DNA from: Psammoneis japonica
Lineage: Eukaryota
Length of the DNA stretch: 64,000 bases
NCBI GenBank assembly: GCA_008632985.1
Contig: QPGO01000036.1
Location: 124,001-188,000, forward strand
Reading direction: 5' to 3'
Position numbers and translations under genes: made by a program. The notes below the pieces were generated by a model. That model ran no database searches. It was given only the letters and a program-made list of their open reading frames with translations, and was not told where the DNA came from. The first letter of the stretch is position 1. Each line of letters opens with the position of its first letter. Below, piece after piece: positions 1-12,373 of this stretch.

Positions 1-16
1 TGGCCTCCGCACTTCC

Positions 17-1956
17 GTGCGCTTCGCGGACGAGGAGCAACTCTACGCCATAACCTCCTCCACTCCCCCAGTCGATCTCCTCGAACAAACTCTCTTCGAC
101 GACTCCCTCGCCATGGAATCTGCGTACAGCGCCTCCGTCAAATCTCCTTGGCCTGACTGCAATTGGCACAAATGCCCGGATCCTTTACAACAGGCCTTGG
201 AAGCCGTCCAGGCCACCTCTTCATTTCCCATTGATGACTGCTCACCCGTTCCCCGCTCTTTTCGAGCCATCCTCAGACAACCTCCTGCGATTCGCGACGC
301 CTGGCTTCGTGCCGTCCGATCTGAGCTCAAGAACCTCATCGTGGACAATGAAACCTTTGCTCTTCATGAATGTCCCGTCCAGACGATGAGATCATTGGCG
401 CCACACTTGCTCTACGTGCCAAGGAGAAATCCGACGGCTCTCTGGAGAAACTCAAGGCTCGACACTGTGCGCGCGGCGACATGCAACGCAAATCAGCCGA
501 TGACGACAATTGGTCACCAAACGCATCCTCTTGTGCCATCAAGCTCTTCCCAGCTTTTGCAGCAAAGGCCAAACGGCACGTCAAGAATGGTGATTTTGTT
601 GGTGCTTGCCTTCAAGCCCCCGCTCGCGGCCGCCTCTTTGTTCGATTCGACCCGATTCTGAAGCAACATTTTCCTGAATGTGCTGAATGTTTTGGTGTGC
701 CCCTTCGTCTCAAGAAAGGCATGTGCGGGACCATCCGCAGTGGTCTTTGGTGGTCCACCGAGCTCTCCGAATTTTTGCTTGCCCAAGGACACACCAATTC
801 CAAAGCAGATCCCACCTTCTTTGCCAAGCACTTCCCCGACGGCTCATGTCTCAAGCTCATTTTCTACACGGATGACATCATCTACTTTGGGTCTCACGAC
901 AGAGTCGAGAAGGACTTTGAGAACCTCACACGATCCAGGTGCAACATCACATTCAACAGTGACGTCACCTGGTTCTTGCAAATGTGCATCCACCGACATT
1001 CCGACGGCTCCTTCTCTCTCGACCAACATCGACATGTGCGCAATCTCCTCAAGCGGTTCCTTGCTCCCACCTCGCCTTGGGGCAGCCCCAGCTTTCAGGA
1101 TGCCCCAGCCCCCGTTGATTGTGTGTGCTCCAAAGCGAATCAACCCAAGGACGCCGCCGAATCCAAGCAAATCGCGAACAAGTATCCTGGTCTCCATTTT
1201 CGATCCGCTGTCTGCTCCATCCTTTATCTCGCCTGCAACACTCGCGCTGACATTCTCTGGATCACCTGCAAACTTGCAAAGGCTTGCACCAACCCTGGTG
1301 TGAAGGATTTTGATGCTCTCGTCCACCTTTTTGGCTGTCTCCGCAAACATCAAGACCTCGCCATCAAATTTTATTCTGATCCCACCGCGAGCCCTGTTCA
1401 CGCTATTTGCGAAGCTCACGACATCAGCCATTCTGAATTTGTGGTCTTCGCCGATGCCAGCTGGCAGGATTGTCCGGACACCGCCAAGTCAACCGTTGGA
1501 TTTATGGTCTACTTCAATGGGGCAACAGTGGAAGCCAATTCCACTGTCCCAACCCCTGTTGCAATGTCCACTGCCGAATCCGAGTGGATGGGTGCCTGCA
1601 CTGGCGCCATGGCTGTCGCTCACCTGCGCATGTTGGCCTGCGACTTCACCTTCCTTGGCACTCGCCACTGCTCCATTGACTCCCAGCGACTGTCCACTGC
1701 TCCCACAATCCTCATGTTGGACAACCAAGCCGCAGTCCAAATGGCCCAAAACGACCAACAAACTCGACGAACCCGACATGTTGAGCGACGCTTCCAATGT
1801 GTCCGCGAAGGGCAGCGACTCGGTCATCACTTGCTTGTTTGGGTTCCCGCGGAAAGTCAATTAGCGGACTGCCTCACCAAAACTCAATGTGCAGACAAAA
1901 TTTGGGTCATGGTCGACCGTGTCCTGTGGCGCCTACCTGCACACATGCTGTCATGA
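17..1956 (+). pseudogene. Copia pol (RT-RNase H), frameshifted near 370, with Tyr to Cys/His changes
   Basis: ORFs 17-661 and 370-1956 overlap in different frames. GACLQA, KKGMCG and FQCVREG correspond to the usual GAYLQA, KxIYG and YVRE motifs. Confidence 0.85.
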
Positions 1957-1993
1957 GCCCCTTCTCATCTTCCCTCATTCGGTTCAAGGGGGG

Positions 1994-2303
1994 TGACAGG
2001 GATCCCACATGACCCTTTTATATTGGAACCTCATGTTCGAAGATAGCATATATATTCAGTCGGGTTTATGACTGAAATTTACTGATCTTTCGGAGTGTTT
2101 CAACAACCTGTCGGAATCTATCCGTTCTGACAGCCATATCGATTCTGAGACTAGCTCAGAATCTCTCACAACTTCTAGACAAAGCATTATCGCAAGGTAC
2201 TGTTTCTAGATTAGGCTCTAGCTTACTCTCTCCTGTCAGTGCACGGACTTGATCACCCAAGACACTCTCAGGCGAGTACCCAGCTCTTACCCATTTCCTA
2301 TCA
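1994..2303 (+). repeat. Copia 3' LTR (probable)
   Basis: Starts TGACAGG right after the PPT and ends CCTATCA at 2303 (alternative end CCTGTCA at 2238). The 5' LTR is outside the window, so the end is unconfirmed. Confidence 0.7.
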
Positions 2304-2653
2304 GCTTTCAAACAAGCACTATTCATACCTCTGCACTACTCTCTAGCTAGTGGGTAAAATGACAGCCTGCAGGTCCAGCTGGGGGTTCATTTTTGCAGGG
2401 TCGCAACTTCATGCAGACCGCGAAGAACGGACAGATGAACCCCAGACGCAATAAGCGAGCACGTACGCACGCACAACCATTCTTTCATTCACGTAGTCAG
2501 GACCATCGTTGTTCTTTTGTTGATTTCTTCGCATTATTCGATAGCCGACCGAAAGACGCAGACGATATGACTATGTACAAGCCTCTTATGTTATAAATAT
2601 GAATAGCTTCAAACTCGGGGAGGCCAAATCCTAGCCGAACGCTGAACCGTAAA

Positions 2654-3587
2654 TCATGATTGTGTTTTCCGCCCTCGTCGCGCCTCGATCACCGAGGGAT
2701 TTGTACCAAAAATATTATCAATAGCCGGGATTGTAAAGCTGCAGAGCGCAGCAATCATTTAGTTTCAAAAAAGTTAGAATAATCTGTTTTCATATACCTC
2801 TCGGTATCAGCATGAACGCGCACGGCAACACTTACCAAAACCAAAAATCGTTGTTGACAAGATGATGTCTCATGTGATGGTCTCTCACACGCCTCCAGAA
2901 TGCATTTGGTGGTTTCACTCGTGTATGCACAATGTAATGTGCCCACTCATACACTAGTCCTGACATTACATAGCCGATTGAAGCTGATAACGCCAGTTCC
3001 AGGGATGGCATACAAAGCCTCAGGATCAAATGTGCGGTCAACAGCCAACCTATCATGAGCCCAAAAGGATCGATGGATACATGAAAGTACGGCTTCTTGT
3101 GGTGCGATATGTGAATTTCTTTACCCAACCAATCAAATTTCGAGTGCAGCACGTGGTTATGAAGAAAGAACTCCTGAAACCACCAAAATACAATCATGGA
3201 GGCGAACGCCACAAAATCAACAGGCGAAAAGGATGCAAGACCAAGCTGGAGTCTCCACACCATCATTGAGACAAGAGCCATTGCCGCTGCAATGGGTCCA
3301 TAGTCTGGCCCAAAAAAGAACCGTTTCATTGCGTCGGGCATAGTCCTGGGGACCTCTTCTTCTTCCGGTTGCTCATTCGCAGTCGTTGAGGGCGGCACGG
3401 CGATAACGCTGGCTGTATCTTTTGCGACCATTGTCAGATATGTTGGCGATTGTGACCACCTATGAGAACAGTTGGTATCGCGTGTTCTCGTTTTTGACAT
3501 TCCAAAACCAGCAACTGGCTCGTTTCGATTCAAAATTGTCAGTAAGGCTATAAGTGTGATCAAAATGTTCAATCTCTGAGGGATCAT
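2654..3587 (-). CDS. Fatty acid hydroxylase / sterol desaturase-superfamily membrane protein (2 exons)
   Basis: His boxes LHNHVLH, HISHH, EWAHYIVH and DHHMRHH. GT-AG intron 2739-2835 restores the C-terminal FCFTIPAIDNIFGT. N-terminal signal/transit-like peptide from ATG 3587. Confidence 0.85.
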
Positions 3588-4244
3588 TCTCCTTCTTGAG
3601 ATAGTGGTGCGCAAGTCGGAATCCAAGTGATACAAACACACCTGAGTATCCCACGCCCCTCTACTTGTCAAGTATATGTGGAATTCTAAATTGGATTGCG
3701 TGCAATGGCAATGGCAAATGGCAATGGCAATGGCCAGCCATCGCCGCATCGCTCTCGCGACGAGCGGGTGACTTGAAGTTTTGAAAAAATGAGTGAGTCA
3801 GAGATTGCCATCACCCGGAAGTTGAACTGTTCGCGAGAAGATTCAGAATTTTGAGAGATCATGATTTATTTCGGGCACGATGATTCGGTGTTCGTACTTC
3901 TACTACATGCATGGTCAGATAAACGAATTTCGAGGCAGCCGCGTTCAAATTTTCAAATTATGTTCCAGTTTCGATTTTGTTCATCTTTCACAGTCACTCC
4001 GTCTCTTGCCGTCGTCTCTTGCTGCCTCTACTGCAGTGCATCGCTAACGAATACCTATCTGTGACTGACATACTGCAGTATCCAACACTGACACCAAAAC
4101 GGCGGACCAGCTTGATGGTCTCGGCGTTTGAACCCGTGATGCAAAATGGCCGGAAGCGCGAGCGGGCTCGACCACGAACGAAAGAGCGGAGGCAAGTCGT
4201 TCAGTCCTCCCGGGTTGAGGCGTTCGTCGTTGATTCAGAGGTTG

Positions 4245-4610
4245 AGGGTCACGATGATCACTTTGGCAAGGAGTCGATGCATCATGACGAGGGAAGTAAT
4301 GATAAGGATGAGTCCGCTACAGACAATACGGAGGGTGAGCCTTGCGAAGATCGCGTTGGCAAGGAGTCGAGGAATCATGACGAGGGAGGCAATAATAAGG
4401 ATGAGTCCGCTACCGACAACGATGCCGTGGACGGGGAGGTTCAGATTCATTGCAACGGGGGTATCGGAGGGTGAGCCTCACGATAATCACGTTGGCAAGG
4501 AGTCAGTCGAGGTATCAGACGAAGGAAGCAATGATATGGATGTGTCTGCTACCGACAATGATGCCGAGGATGGAGGAGGTTAAGATTTTTCATTGCATCG
4601 GGGGTATCAG
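4245..4610 (+). repeat. Three imperfect ~100-130 bp tandem units encoding an acidic peptide repeat
   Basis: Recurrent GGCAAGGAGTC...GA(G/A)GGA(A/G)G...AAT...GGATG(A/T)GTC(C/T)GCTAC(A/C)GACAA. Translates as GKES..HDEG.N.KDESATDN. The frame is broken by a stop at 4472-4474. Confidence 0.7.
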
Positions 4611-6127
4611 TGCTGTCAGAGAGTCGATATGATATGAGCGACTACGACAACGAAAGTGAAGTTCAAGTCAGCGGAGACATCAACATTGATTCTGATGCGG
4701 ATGGAGAGTCGGATGGAGGAATGCACGGAACAAGAACATGTGTCACTGCATCGTTCAACTGGGAATATTCTTGGCAAATTTCCTACTTTGTGTATTCCGA
4801 TACCTTGCAACCCACAGAGTTGAAGTTGTGGTCAATTTTGTGCAAAAAAAAAAAAAAGATCGATACGACACCGTCGTCTCCGATAATCCAGCGACAAACA
4901 CCGACTGTTTTGGACGCTTCCCGGCAGCCTATAGCGTTTTCGTCTATGCCTGCCAAACCCGACAGCGCAACCATGTGGAGTGACAGTGATGAGTGCGTCT
5001 TTTGTTGTCTGCTCCACCTCAGTTCATGAACATGTTGGCTGTTGTTTTCGTGCTCAGCTCATCGTCCTCTGTTGGAGGTAGAGGGATTGGATTGTCACTG
5101 GGTCTGACAAGCCTCCTCCCCTACTGAGTAAGAAGTTGTTTCAGTCTCTACCGTTTGTATAATGGCAGTGTGATTCTTTCCCTTTTCCTGTTTTATTGAC
5201 AAACTTCTTGATGCACAGGGTTTCCATCGCCATTCGAGTCAGCCTGATGTGCTTCGGTCGCGCGATCTGCAATCTGTTTCGCTGTCTTCTCATGGAGATT
5301 GACACCAGTCCGGAGGCTAGCACTACACTAGATGCAGAGACAAAACAGATTGGACCGCTAAAACTTTTCTTTCTGAAGTGAACTTGAGCAACATGTCAAA
5401 GACTTTTGATGGGAATGAGATGGATGCGCTTCAAGGGATGACAGATGGCCGCAAGAATTCGAAATAGGAGCTTCCCTGCCTCGTCTCATTAGGAGCTGAG
5501 CTTGGAACCTTGGTTGAGTACGGCCAGATTTTCAACCGTCCTAATCACCCATGGATGAGCTTGCATAATGCGCAGAAAAAGAATGGATAATCGTGATTCT
5601 CTTCCGAAGATGTACTGTGGGCTGTCATGCGCACGGAATCGCACAGCTGAGCAAGTGTTGGAGCGATAAGCACCGAGTGCAGAAGAAGATATTTTGACAA
5701 TAACAGCGGTGTAGCGTGAAATCATCGTTTCATGGCTCCTGGACTACAGTGCGACAGTCCTTGTGGCAAAGTGTAAATGTCTACCTCCCCCTTTTCAATT
5801 GTCGTTATGCCAATTCTTACTCTCTCATGACCTTTGGTAAATAGATTCCGTATAAAGTTAATCGAAACTCTCGGCAATTGTTGAATTCCACCCGACTTTT
5901 GATATCCGAAGGTAAAAGCTCGGAACCGGTGCCGGTAAACCGTCTAGTTTTCGACGGATCTTAGTCTTTTTACCTCTTGGATCAGATTCTCAACTCACGC
6001 AGTCTTTCTTAGAACCATAGAGCGACGCAGATGTAAAAGTCGACCTTCAGAGAACGATACCTCACTACTGTACGAATTATTCAGTCACTACCCACAATTA
6101 ATTTTCACTGCATACGCGGAATTTATT

Positions 6128-6859
6128 TTACTCGAGATGCATGGCATTTGAATCATTAATCTCCCTCTTTTCCAAGGCATGACAATCGAGGCAAAAGCCG
6201 CGTTCTGCCTTCTCACTGTAGTCCATCACGGAGCAAAAGGAACAAAACATCATTTCGCACCGTTCACAACTACGACAGCATGACGAGCATGCTTGCCGTT
6301 CACAAAATGTACATGATAGTAACGAGTATGCGACTTGGCGGTCGGCGAAGGAGTCTTTTGCGCACGTGACGGACAAGGTTGCTTTTGGAGAAAAGTATGA
6401 AAGAATCGATTTCGTCTTGTTTTCGTTGAATCTACCGAGCGCTGACTTGCAAGTCTTTTGGCAGACAAAGCACGATTGAAGACATCCAAAGTCGTTCTTG
6501 TTGTTGCTACTGCTGCTGCTGTCCATCATTTTATCAATAGACATAAGAGGCAACGGAGATGACGAGTTGCTTTGTTTCCACCATTCGCCGGAGCTTCGTT
6601 TCGCTGGAGCTCGCGCATGTGCGTCTACTGGTGTCAATTCTGATTCAGAATCTCTTCCTGCGGCTAGACTGACGATGCCTGGGGACCGAGCTTCTTGGAG
6701 AGAAATACAAAGGCGCTTCAATGAGGGAGAGCATGTTGTTTCGTCGTCGTCCACATCCATTGAACATTCTTGAGGGTTCTCCCGATATCTTTTGAACCCC
6801 AGCTGGTTCACTGAATCTGGCGCTGACATGTTATTTGTAGGGAAGCTTTGACTTGGCAT
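6128..6859 (-). CDS. SIVA-like zinc-finger protein
   Basis: The C-terminal Cys pattern CxxC...CTFCERQACSSCCRSCERCEMMFCSFCSVMDY...FCLDC matches the spacing of the SIVA1 C-terminal Zn domain. Low-complexity N-terminus. Confidence 0.7.
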   Translation of the reverse strand: MPSQSFPTNNMSAPDSVNQLGFKRYRENPQECSMDVDDDETTCSPSLKRLCISLQEARSPGIVSLAAGRDSESELTPVDAHARAPAKRSSGEWWKQSNSSSPLPLMSIDKMMDSSSSSNNKNDFGCLQSCFVCQKTCKSALGRFNENKTKSILSYFSPKATLSVTCAKDSFADRQVAYSLLSCTFCERQACSSCCRSCERCEMMFCSFCSVMDYSEKAERGFCLDCHALEKREINDSNAMHLE

Positions 6860-7574
6860 ACGGCGTGGAGATTGAATATTAGAGAGTCTCTTCTTTCTGC
6901 TGTTGCTCTCAGTTGTTGTGCTGCATGTTGCATCTTCTATCTTCTATCTCGCTTGAGCGTCGCGAGCGTTGGCGATGAATAAGCGCGCCAAAAGTTTCTG
7001 TGGGGGCCTCGTACTGTACTACGGTGTCCTACAGCGTGATGCGCACAGTACCGGTAGGTGGGGGGGCACAGGACATGAGCTCTGCAAGACTTGCAGGGCA
7101 GTCAAGTCTCAATGTGGCTGTTCTGGGTGTCGCCACTTGCAAGGAGAATCGCAGGCGGGGGCGGACGAAAGTGCAAAATGTACATACTTCTAGAAACCAT
7201 TGCACAGACAGACCATCACCACTTCAACTCTCCTTGCAAGTGGTGACACCCAGGAGTTCTCCTGACACTCAGGGGCTTTGGCAACAACTCTTCTGGTGCA
7301 GTCATGACGACAGAAGGTTGGTTGCTCTCGACACCATTTTGGGCATTCTTGTTCATCTCAACAAGGTGCAAAACATGGGCCGCCAGCCTTGCACTCTCGG
7401 GATTGGCTGGTGTTGCACCATGGACAGAGAGAGTGCCTCTCTGCTGAGAGACGAGCCATGTGTTTTCTCGGTGATCATGCAGCCAGAGCAACAGAATCAG
7501 TGCAGCCAAACAGCATGAGAAGAGCAAGCATGGTGAGGGAGGCCATGCAACACAGATGTTCTTTGCAAGACAGA

Positions 7575-7780
7575 GGCCATCATTCTCAACATGCAAACAA
7601 GTCCAAGTTTTTCACAAAATTGAATGGCTGCATTGTCAAAGGCAAAGGCATGAAGACAGAGGGTGCCACACGAAGGATCCTTTTCAACCATGTCAATGCA
7701 TTTCTCAACCAGGATCATTGCCAAACCTGAGTGCCAAAATTCAGATCAGGGTCACAATGCATGGCAGCTTGTTGGTGCCA
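7575..7780 (-). pseudogene. Decayed NAA60-like GNAT N-acetyltransferase fragment inside a TpA-depleted island
   Basis: CIVTL...EFWHSGLAMILVEKC...CGTLCLHAFAFDNAAIQFCEKLG resembles YIMTL...G.A...LYLHV...N..AI.FYEKLG with Tyr to Cys changes. Stops and frameshifts on both sides. Confidence 0.7.
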
Positions 7781-8146
7781 TCTGTGGCTCCTTCCCGTGT
7801 CACCCAACATCACATCCCGAAAAAGTCGTGATGGCAAGACGTGCTGCTCTGACAGAGTCGGTGATGTCCGAATCAAGGTTGTGGCTTTGATCGACAAGCA
7901 CAGCCACCATGCGTTCATCATTGCATTGTGATCAAGTGGACAGTGGTGATGTGGTTTCTGCTTTATGTCGATGAATGGCAAGTGACGGCAGGACGATGCG
8001 TTCACAGCTTGTCGTTTTTGGCTGACAAACAGAGAAAATGAGAAACGGAAATGGTGTGCAAGAGTCGAGCCGCTCATCCAGAAATGCTAGGGCCCCTAAG
8101 TATGGCTTGATTGCCTATAATGTTTCCAACATCTTGTCTGAATGGA

Positions 8147-9583
8147 TCATGAATTCAAAAGTCCTTCTCCCAACAAAACCAGATCAGGCACAATGAGACA
8201 AACTGAAATGGTAGCTAGACAGTAGAGGGCCGGGGAACCACCAATGAGTCTGCCGGGCATGAGATCGTCCTTGTTTTCCTTTCGTAGGTTGATCACCGCC
8301 AATGCTGGAAGGATTCCGTAAAGCGAGACACCACCAATCAGCCCGGCGTTTTCAAGGGCGCCGAGAAAGGCATCGGGGTAGACGCAGGCGAGAACAAGTG
8401 GTGGTGCCAATGCAAGACTTGCAGCTAGTAGCCTGGGAGTCATTGCCTCTTTGTATTGTGAGGACTCAACCTCACTCAAATCTTGTCTCGTAGTGGTGAT
8501 GGCGTCTTGAAAAAAGTCGACGAGAGAGACCGACGCACCAGCCATGGAGGATCCAATGGAACAAGCACTAAAGACTTCCACCAAATCCTTTACAATAACA
8601 CCGCCAACGTCACCAAGTGCTTCCACTACTTGCATCTTAGAACCCCCAATAGAATCATCGAAAGGAACAACGCCTAGAAAGACTGCCTCCCAAACACAAT
8701 ACATAGCGAGCGGAATCAGGCTACCAATCAATATGGCTTGTCGTGTTCGCAGAGGGTCGCTACCAAGGTAACCAAAAAGAGTTGGAACGACATTCTGAGC
8801 GCCAAACGAAAGAATTCCAATCGAAATAACTTGGGGATACACCGTTGTCCAGTCCGTCCTGGACAAATTGTCGAGTACAATTCCAGACAACGAGACTGAA
8901 ACGAGAGAAACGAATGATGCAACTAATCCAGCCACCAAGACTCGATTGACGAGATCTACTCGATTTGTTCCAAATATGGAGAGAGACGCAAAGAATACCA
9001 TAAACAAGCCGCTTCCGACAGATGCTTGTAAATTTAAACTCAATACTTCATCTGCTGCTTGTGACAACAATTGTCCTCCCTCCGACGTGTATGCAACCAC
9101 AATCGACGTGAGCAAGAACCAAAACAGCAGTCCCGTTGCAACTTCTCCTACTCGTCCGAGCGCTTGTTTGGTAATACTCAAGAATCCAGTTTGTGGCTGC
9201 TTGCTGGTCTGTGAAACCACCCATGTAGCTTCGAGCGTGACGAACGAAGTGACAATCGTAAAAAGCCAACAAATAACCAGACTGGAAACGGAGGGGACGA
9301 AACCAGCAGGTGCTGTTTCTGCCGGCAGAGCCAGCATGCCAGCCCCGATAGCCGTTCCAGCAAACAGAAGAGAAGCCCCCAAAACTGAGCCTGTGTCATC
9401 GTTGGATTCTTCAGAAACCATGTGTAGCCCTTTCTCACCCATCACTCGGCCATGCTGATGAAACGAAAGCGCACTCGATGCAGGGACATGTCGAATGCCA
9501 GCTGAAAACGCACAAACGCCATTCAAAGCGCAGAGAATGATAAAGGAAACTATTGTAATCGACAAAGAACAGTGCCACTTCAT
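8147..9583 (-). CDS. Aromatic amino acid (TyrP/Mtr, HAAAP family) permease, probably plastid-targeted
   Basis: GASLLFAGTAIGAGMLALP family motif and many TM helices. Signal peptide followed by VCA-FSA (ASAF-like). Intronless 478 aa ORF. Confidence 0.9.
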   Translation of the reverse strand: MKWHCSLSITIVSFIILCALNGVCAFSAGIRHVPASSALSFHQHGRVMGEKGLHMVSEESNDDTGSVLGASLLFAGTAIGAGMLALPAETAPAGFVPSVSSLVICWLFTIVTSFVTLEATWVVSQTSKQPQTGFLSITKQALGRVGEVATGLLFWFLLTSIVVAYTSEGGQLLSQAADEVLSLNLQASVGSGLFMVFFASLSIFGTNRVDLVNRVLVAGLVASFVSLVSVSLSGIVLDNLSRTDWTTVYPQVISIGILSFGAQNVVPTLFGYLGSDPLRTRQAILIGSLIPLAMYCVWEAVFLGVVPFDDSIGGSKMQVVEALGDVGGVIVKDLVEVFSACSIGSSMAGASVSLVDFFQDAITTTRQDLSEVESSQYKEAMTPRLLAASLALAPPLVLACVYPDAFLGALENAGLIGGVSLYGILPALAVINLRKENKDDLMPGRLIGGSPALYCLATISVCLIVPDLVLLGEGLLNS

Positions 9584-10090
9584 GAGTCGTATCTTGTAGG
9601 CTTCGTACTGGCATCAGCTACTTCTAACAACCAGCACCTACCAATCACTGCTGATTGCTGATGTGGAACGCGTACCTACCCTTGCCCCTCGCGCGCCCGC
9701 GCCACAATCGTTTCCAAATTGGCGGTGGGACCCATTCGAATCATCACATACTGTGTAGAGTTGTAGTTTTGATGACGACGACTCACCCTGCAAACGACAG
9801 GAGGTTTTAGGAAGAAGATGGGGGTCCGTCCCATCAACTCCTGAGCGCGCCTACGATGGTATACCCGCGTAGGACTCACTGTATTGTCATTGGCCTCGCG
9901 CCCAGATTCATTTCCTGGTCTTCTCCGAGAAACGTCGGAAAGGCATAGTACAAGGTCTTCTCCGTAAGAGTGTTTAAGGAATTAAAATACTAATTGTTCT
10001 CGCCGGGCTGCATCAAGATACTATTATTTATGATACATTTACGCAGAACTCATCCTTGGTGTACATTGATTGGAACCAGAACCCTCCTAC

Positions 10091-11821
10091 TTAGCGACGA
10101 ACAGAACAAAAGACGGGCACGTCGTCGCTGGGCCGTTGACCTGCCGAGGCATGCTTGACATGAAGCTCGTAACCAGGCTTCCAGTGAAACTTAATGTCAC
10201 GAAGCAGCGTAGCAAGGACAAGAACAGCCTCTTGCGTTGCAAACCTTTGTCCAGGACACGAGCGTCCTCCAGTGGAAAACGACAAGAATGCGTCTCTGTT
10301 GCCTTTCTGAACTTTGCTGCTGCTCTCGTCCTCCTGTTCCACCCATCGCTCCGGCAAAAACTGCGTCGGCAGGGGAAAGTTACGTTCATCACGATGAATT
10401 AAATAGAATGGAATATATGTGTATGTTCCAATGGGGAGAGTGTACTTGTTTTCGCCCGTACCCACATCAACGGGCTTGGTAAGGGTGCGAACCATTCCCG
10501 GCAAACTGGGGTACAACCTGTAATTGTGTAAAAGGAGGAAACGTAAATCCGATGAGTCTTTGCGCACCGCTTCAGAGGATCCGATTGCCCATTTCGACTA
10601 GAAAACAAGAGCGCCGTACATGGCGTCACAGCAAGTCAAGACAACAGACCTTAGTGCTTCTGTTACAATGGCGGCACAATACGTAAGCTTGCCAGGGTCG
10701 GGAACTGTTTCCTTGTCCGGCCAAACGCTCTGGATTTCTTCTAGTGCCTTGCGCTCCACCAATGGATTACGGGCTACTTCCAAAATGGCATATACCAAAG
10801 CCAACGCCGTCGTCTCGTGCCCCGCAAAGAGTAGAGTCATGAGCATGTCGGTCATGGTCTCTTCCACAATCTGAGCCGTCACATCTGATTCATTGCCCTG
10901 TAGAAGGTCTTCTTTTGCCTTTAGCAAATGATACAATAGGTCATGCTTATCGGAAGCCGCCCCACCATTACGAAGACGTTCCTGAACACACCCCTCAAGA
11001 AAATCTCGAATGTGCTTGCGGCATTTGCGATACTTCTTGTTTCTTTTCGTCGGCGTATTGTAGAAAAAGCCAGTAAGTGGGCTGCTTACTCGTCGATCGT
11101 ACTCTTCGCTCATGAATTGGAAAGCCTGAGCAGTCGGATGAAACTCGAGTCGCTTGCAGTTTTGAAAATCAAAATCGATCGCTGACCTTCCGAAGACATC
11201 TAAGGCTACCATTTTCATCAGAGGTAGAAGGTCCACCTCAAACTGCCCATCTTCAGTCGAAGAAGATTCGCACTTCTTAATCAGCGATGTCGCCAGATCA
11301 CGAGCAACTTGGACAGAATTGATCTTCCCGTTCAACATTGTTTGAGAGCCGAGAGATCGAACAATAGCCGATCGATGGAACTTCCATTCCTTATCTTCCA
11401 GAACTAAAATATTTCGTCTTCCAGCGAGCATGTCAAGGTGTTTACGAATAATGGTCGGCATATTCATGCGGTTGGGTGTTGAGTGAAGAATTGCTCGGGC
11501 GTCTTGATAACGAAGAACGGTGACAGTACTTGTTCCAAAATACCACATTGCTGTCACTCCATATGGGTTAGCATGATCGCGGCACAGGGCTGCAAGAGAA
11601 TCCTCAATGTCAATGTTTCGATCCTCCACATGGCCAATCAACCAGTGTGAATCCGCAGCAGGTGGACAGGGGAGCCCGGGGAGTGGGGATTCGCTGTGTT
11701 TTGCCTTTAGCTTCAAATACATGCAAACCAGCGCTGAGGACGACAATGCCACAGCCCAAAATAGGGAAGATTGCTGCTGCGCATACCCTTGCATGGCTAA
11801 AAGAACCGAAGGCAGCGCCAT
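10091..11821 (-). CDS. Cytochrome P450 (2 exons)
   Basis: I-helix FAGHETT, ExxR (EALR-LYP) joined by intron 10518-10649, PERW, heme motif FSTGGRSCPG, N-terminal TM anchor. Confidence 0.95.
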
Positions 11822-11902
11822 GTTGACAGCTAGAGCCGAAGATGAAATGCGACGCAGAACGCCAGATGGTAGGGCCTATGTTCGTGTTCTGTGCGGTGCT
11901 GC

Positions 11903-11916
11903 GTACTGTACTGTAC
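11903..11916. promoter_or_regulatory. GTACTGTAC palindromic motif (overlapping tandem) upstream of P450
   Basis: The same 9-mer occurs at 7011, 33754 and 56577, each in 5' intergenic DNA. Confidence 0.4.
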
Positions 11917-11996
11917 GCGTGGTGCATGAGTGCATGAGTATCTTCGCTGACTGACTCAATGTCGAGGCGATGACCGGATGACCGTTCGACAGGCAC

Positions 11997-12172
11997 TGCA
12001 AGCTCAAGCTGAGGTTGATGTCAAAACAAAGAAGTGAGTAGACCGAAGAGAGGGAGAGCCTAAGCGTCAGCGAGCGCTGGCGAGTGCTGGCGAGCCGCCT
12101 CTCAAACGGCTACGTTAATCCAATGTACAAAATTAATGCCACACATCAGAAGCGTGTGAGTGAGTTGCTGCG
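11997..12172 (-). repeat. Gypsy 3' LTR
   Basis: TGCAAGCTCAAGCTGAGG...GAGTTGCTGCG aligns with 17280-17453. Adjacent to the PPT. Confidence 0.92.
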
Positions 12173-12373
12173 CTCTTCCCTTCCATGATCCGAAAGAACT
12201 GGAGGATCATGCAAAGGGCCAAAACCAGGGACCAAAACCCAAAAAATCACAACAGCAGGAGGAAACCCAGGTGTTGGGAAGAAAACCCCCTGATCAACCA
12301 CGAAAAGGAATCAGGCGCCAAATGTTGAGGCGCTCAACCACATGAGGAGCTCGACGAAGCGAAGGCGTGCCAC

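Larger units (their letters stand above)
1..2303 (+). mobile_element. Ty1/Copia LTR retrotransposon, 3' part (cut by window edge), partly TpA-mutated
   Basis: Copia-type RT and RNase H motifs (LKARHCARG, DFVGACLQ, LIFYTDD, FADASW, MSTAESE, DNQAAV, RHVERRF, LADCLTK), then polypurine tract AAGGGGGG at 1986-1993 and a TG-starting LTR. Confidence 0.93.

Noticed and set aside
3703..3735. (GCAATG)n microsatellite and upstream extension of the hydroxylase ORF
   Set aside because: A short simple repeat. The AIAIAICHCHC translation is not credible and ATG 3587 gives a proper signal peptide.
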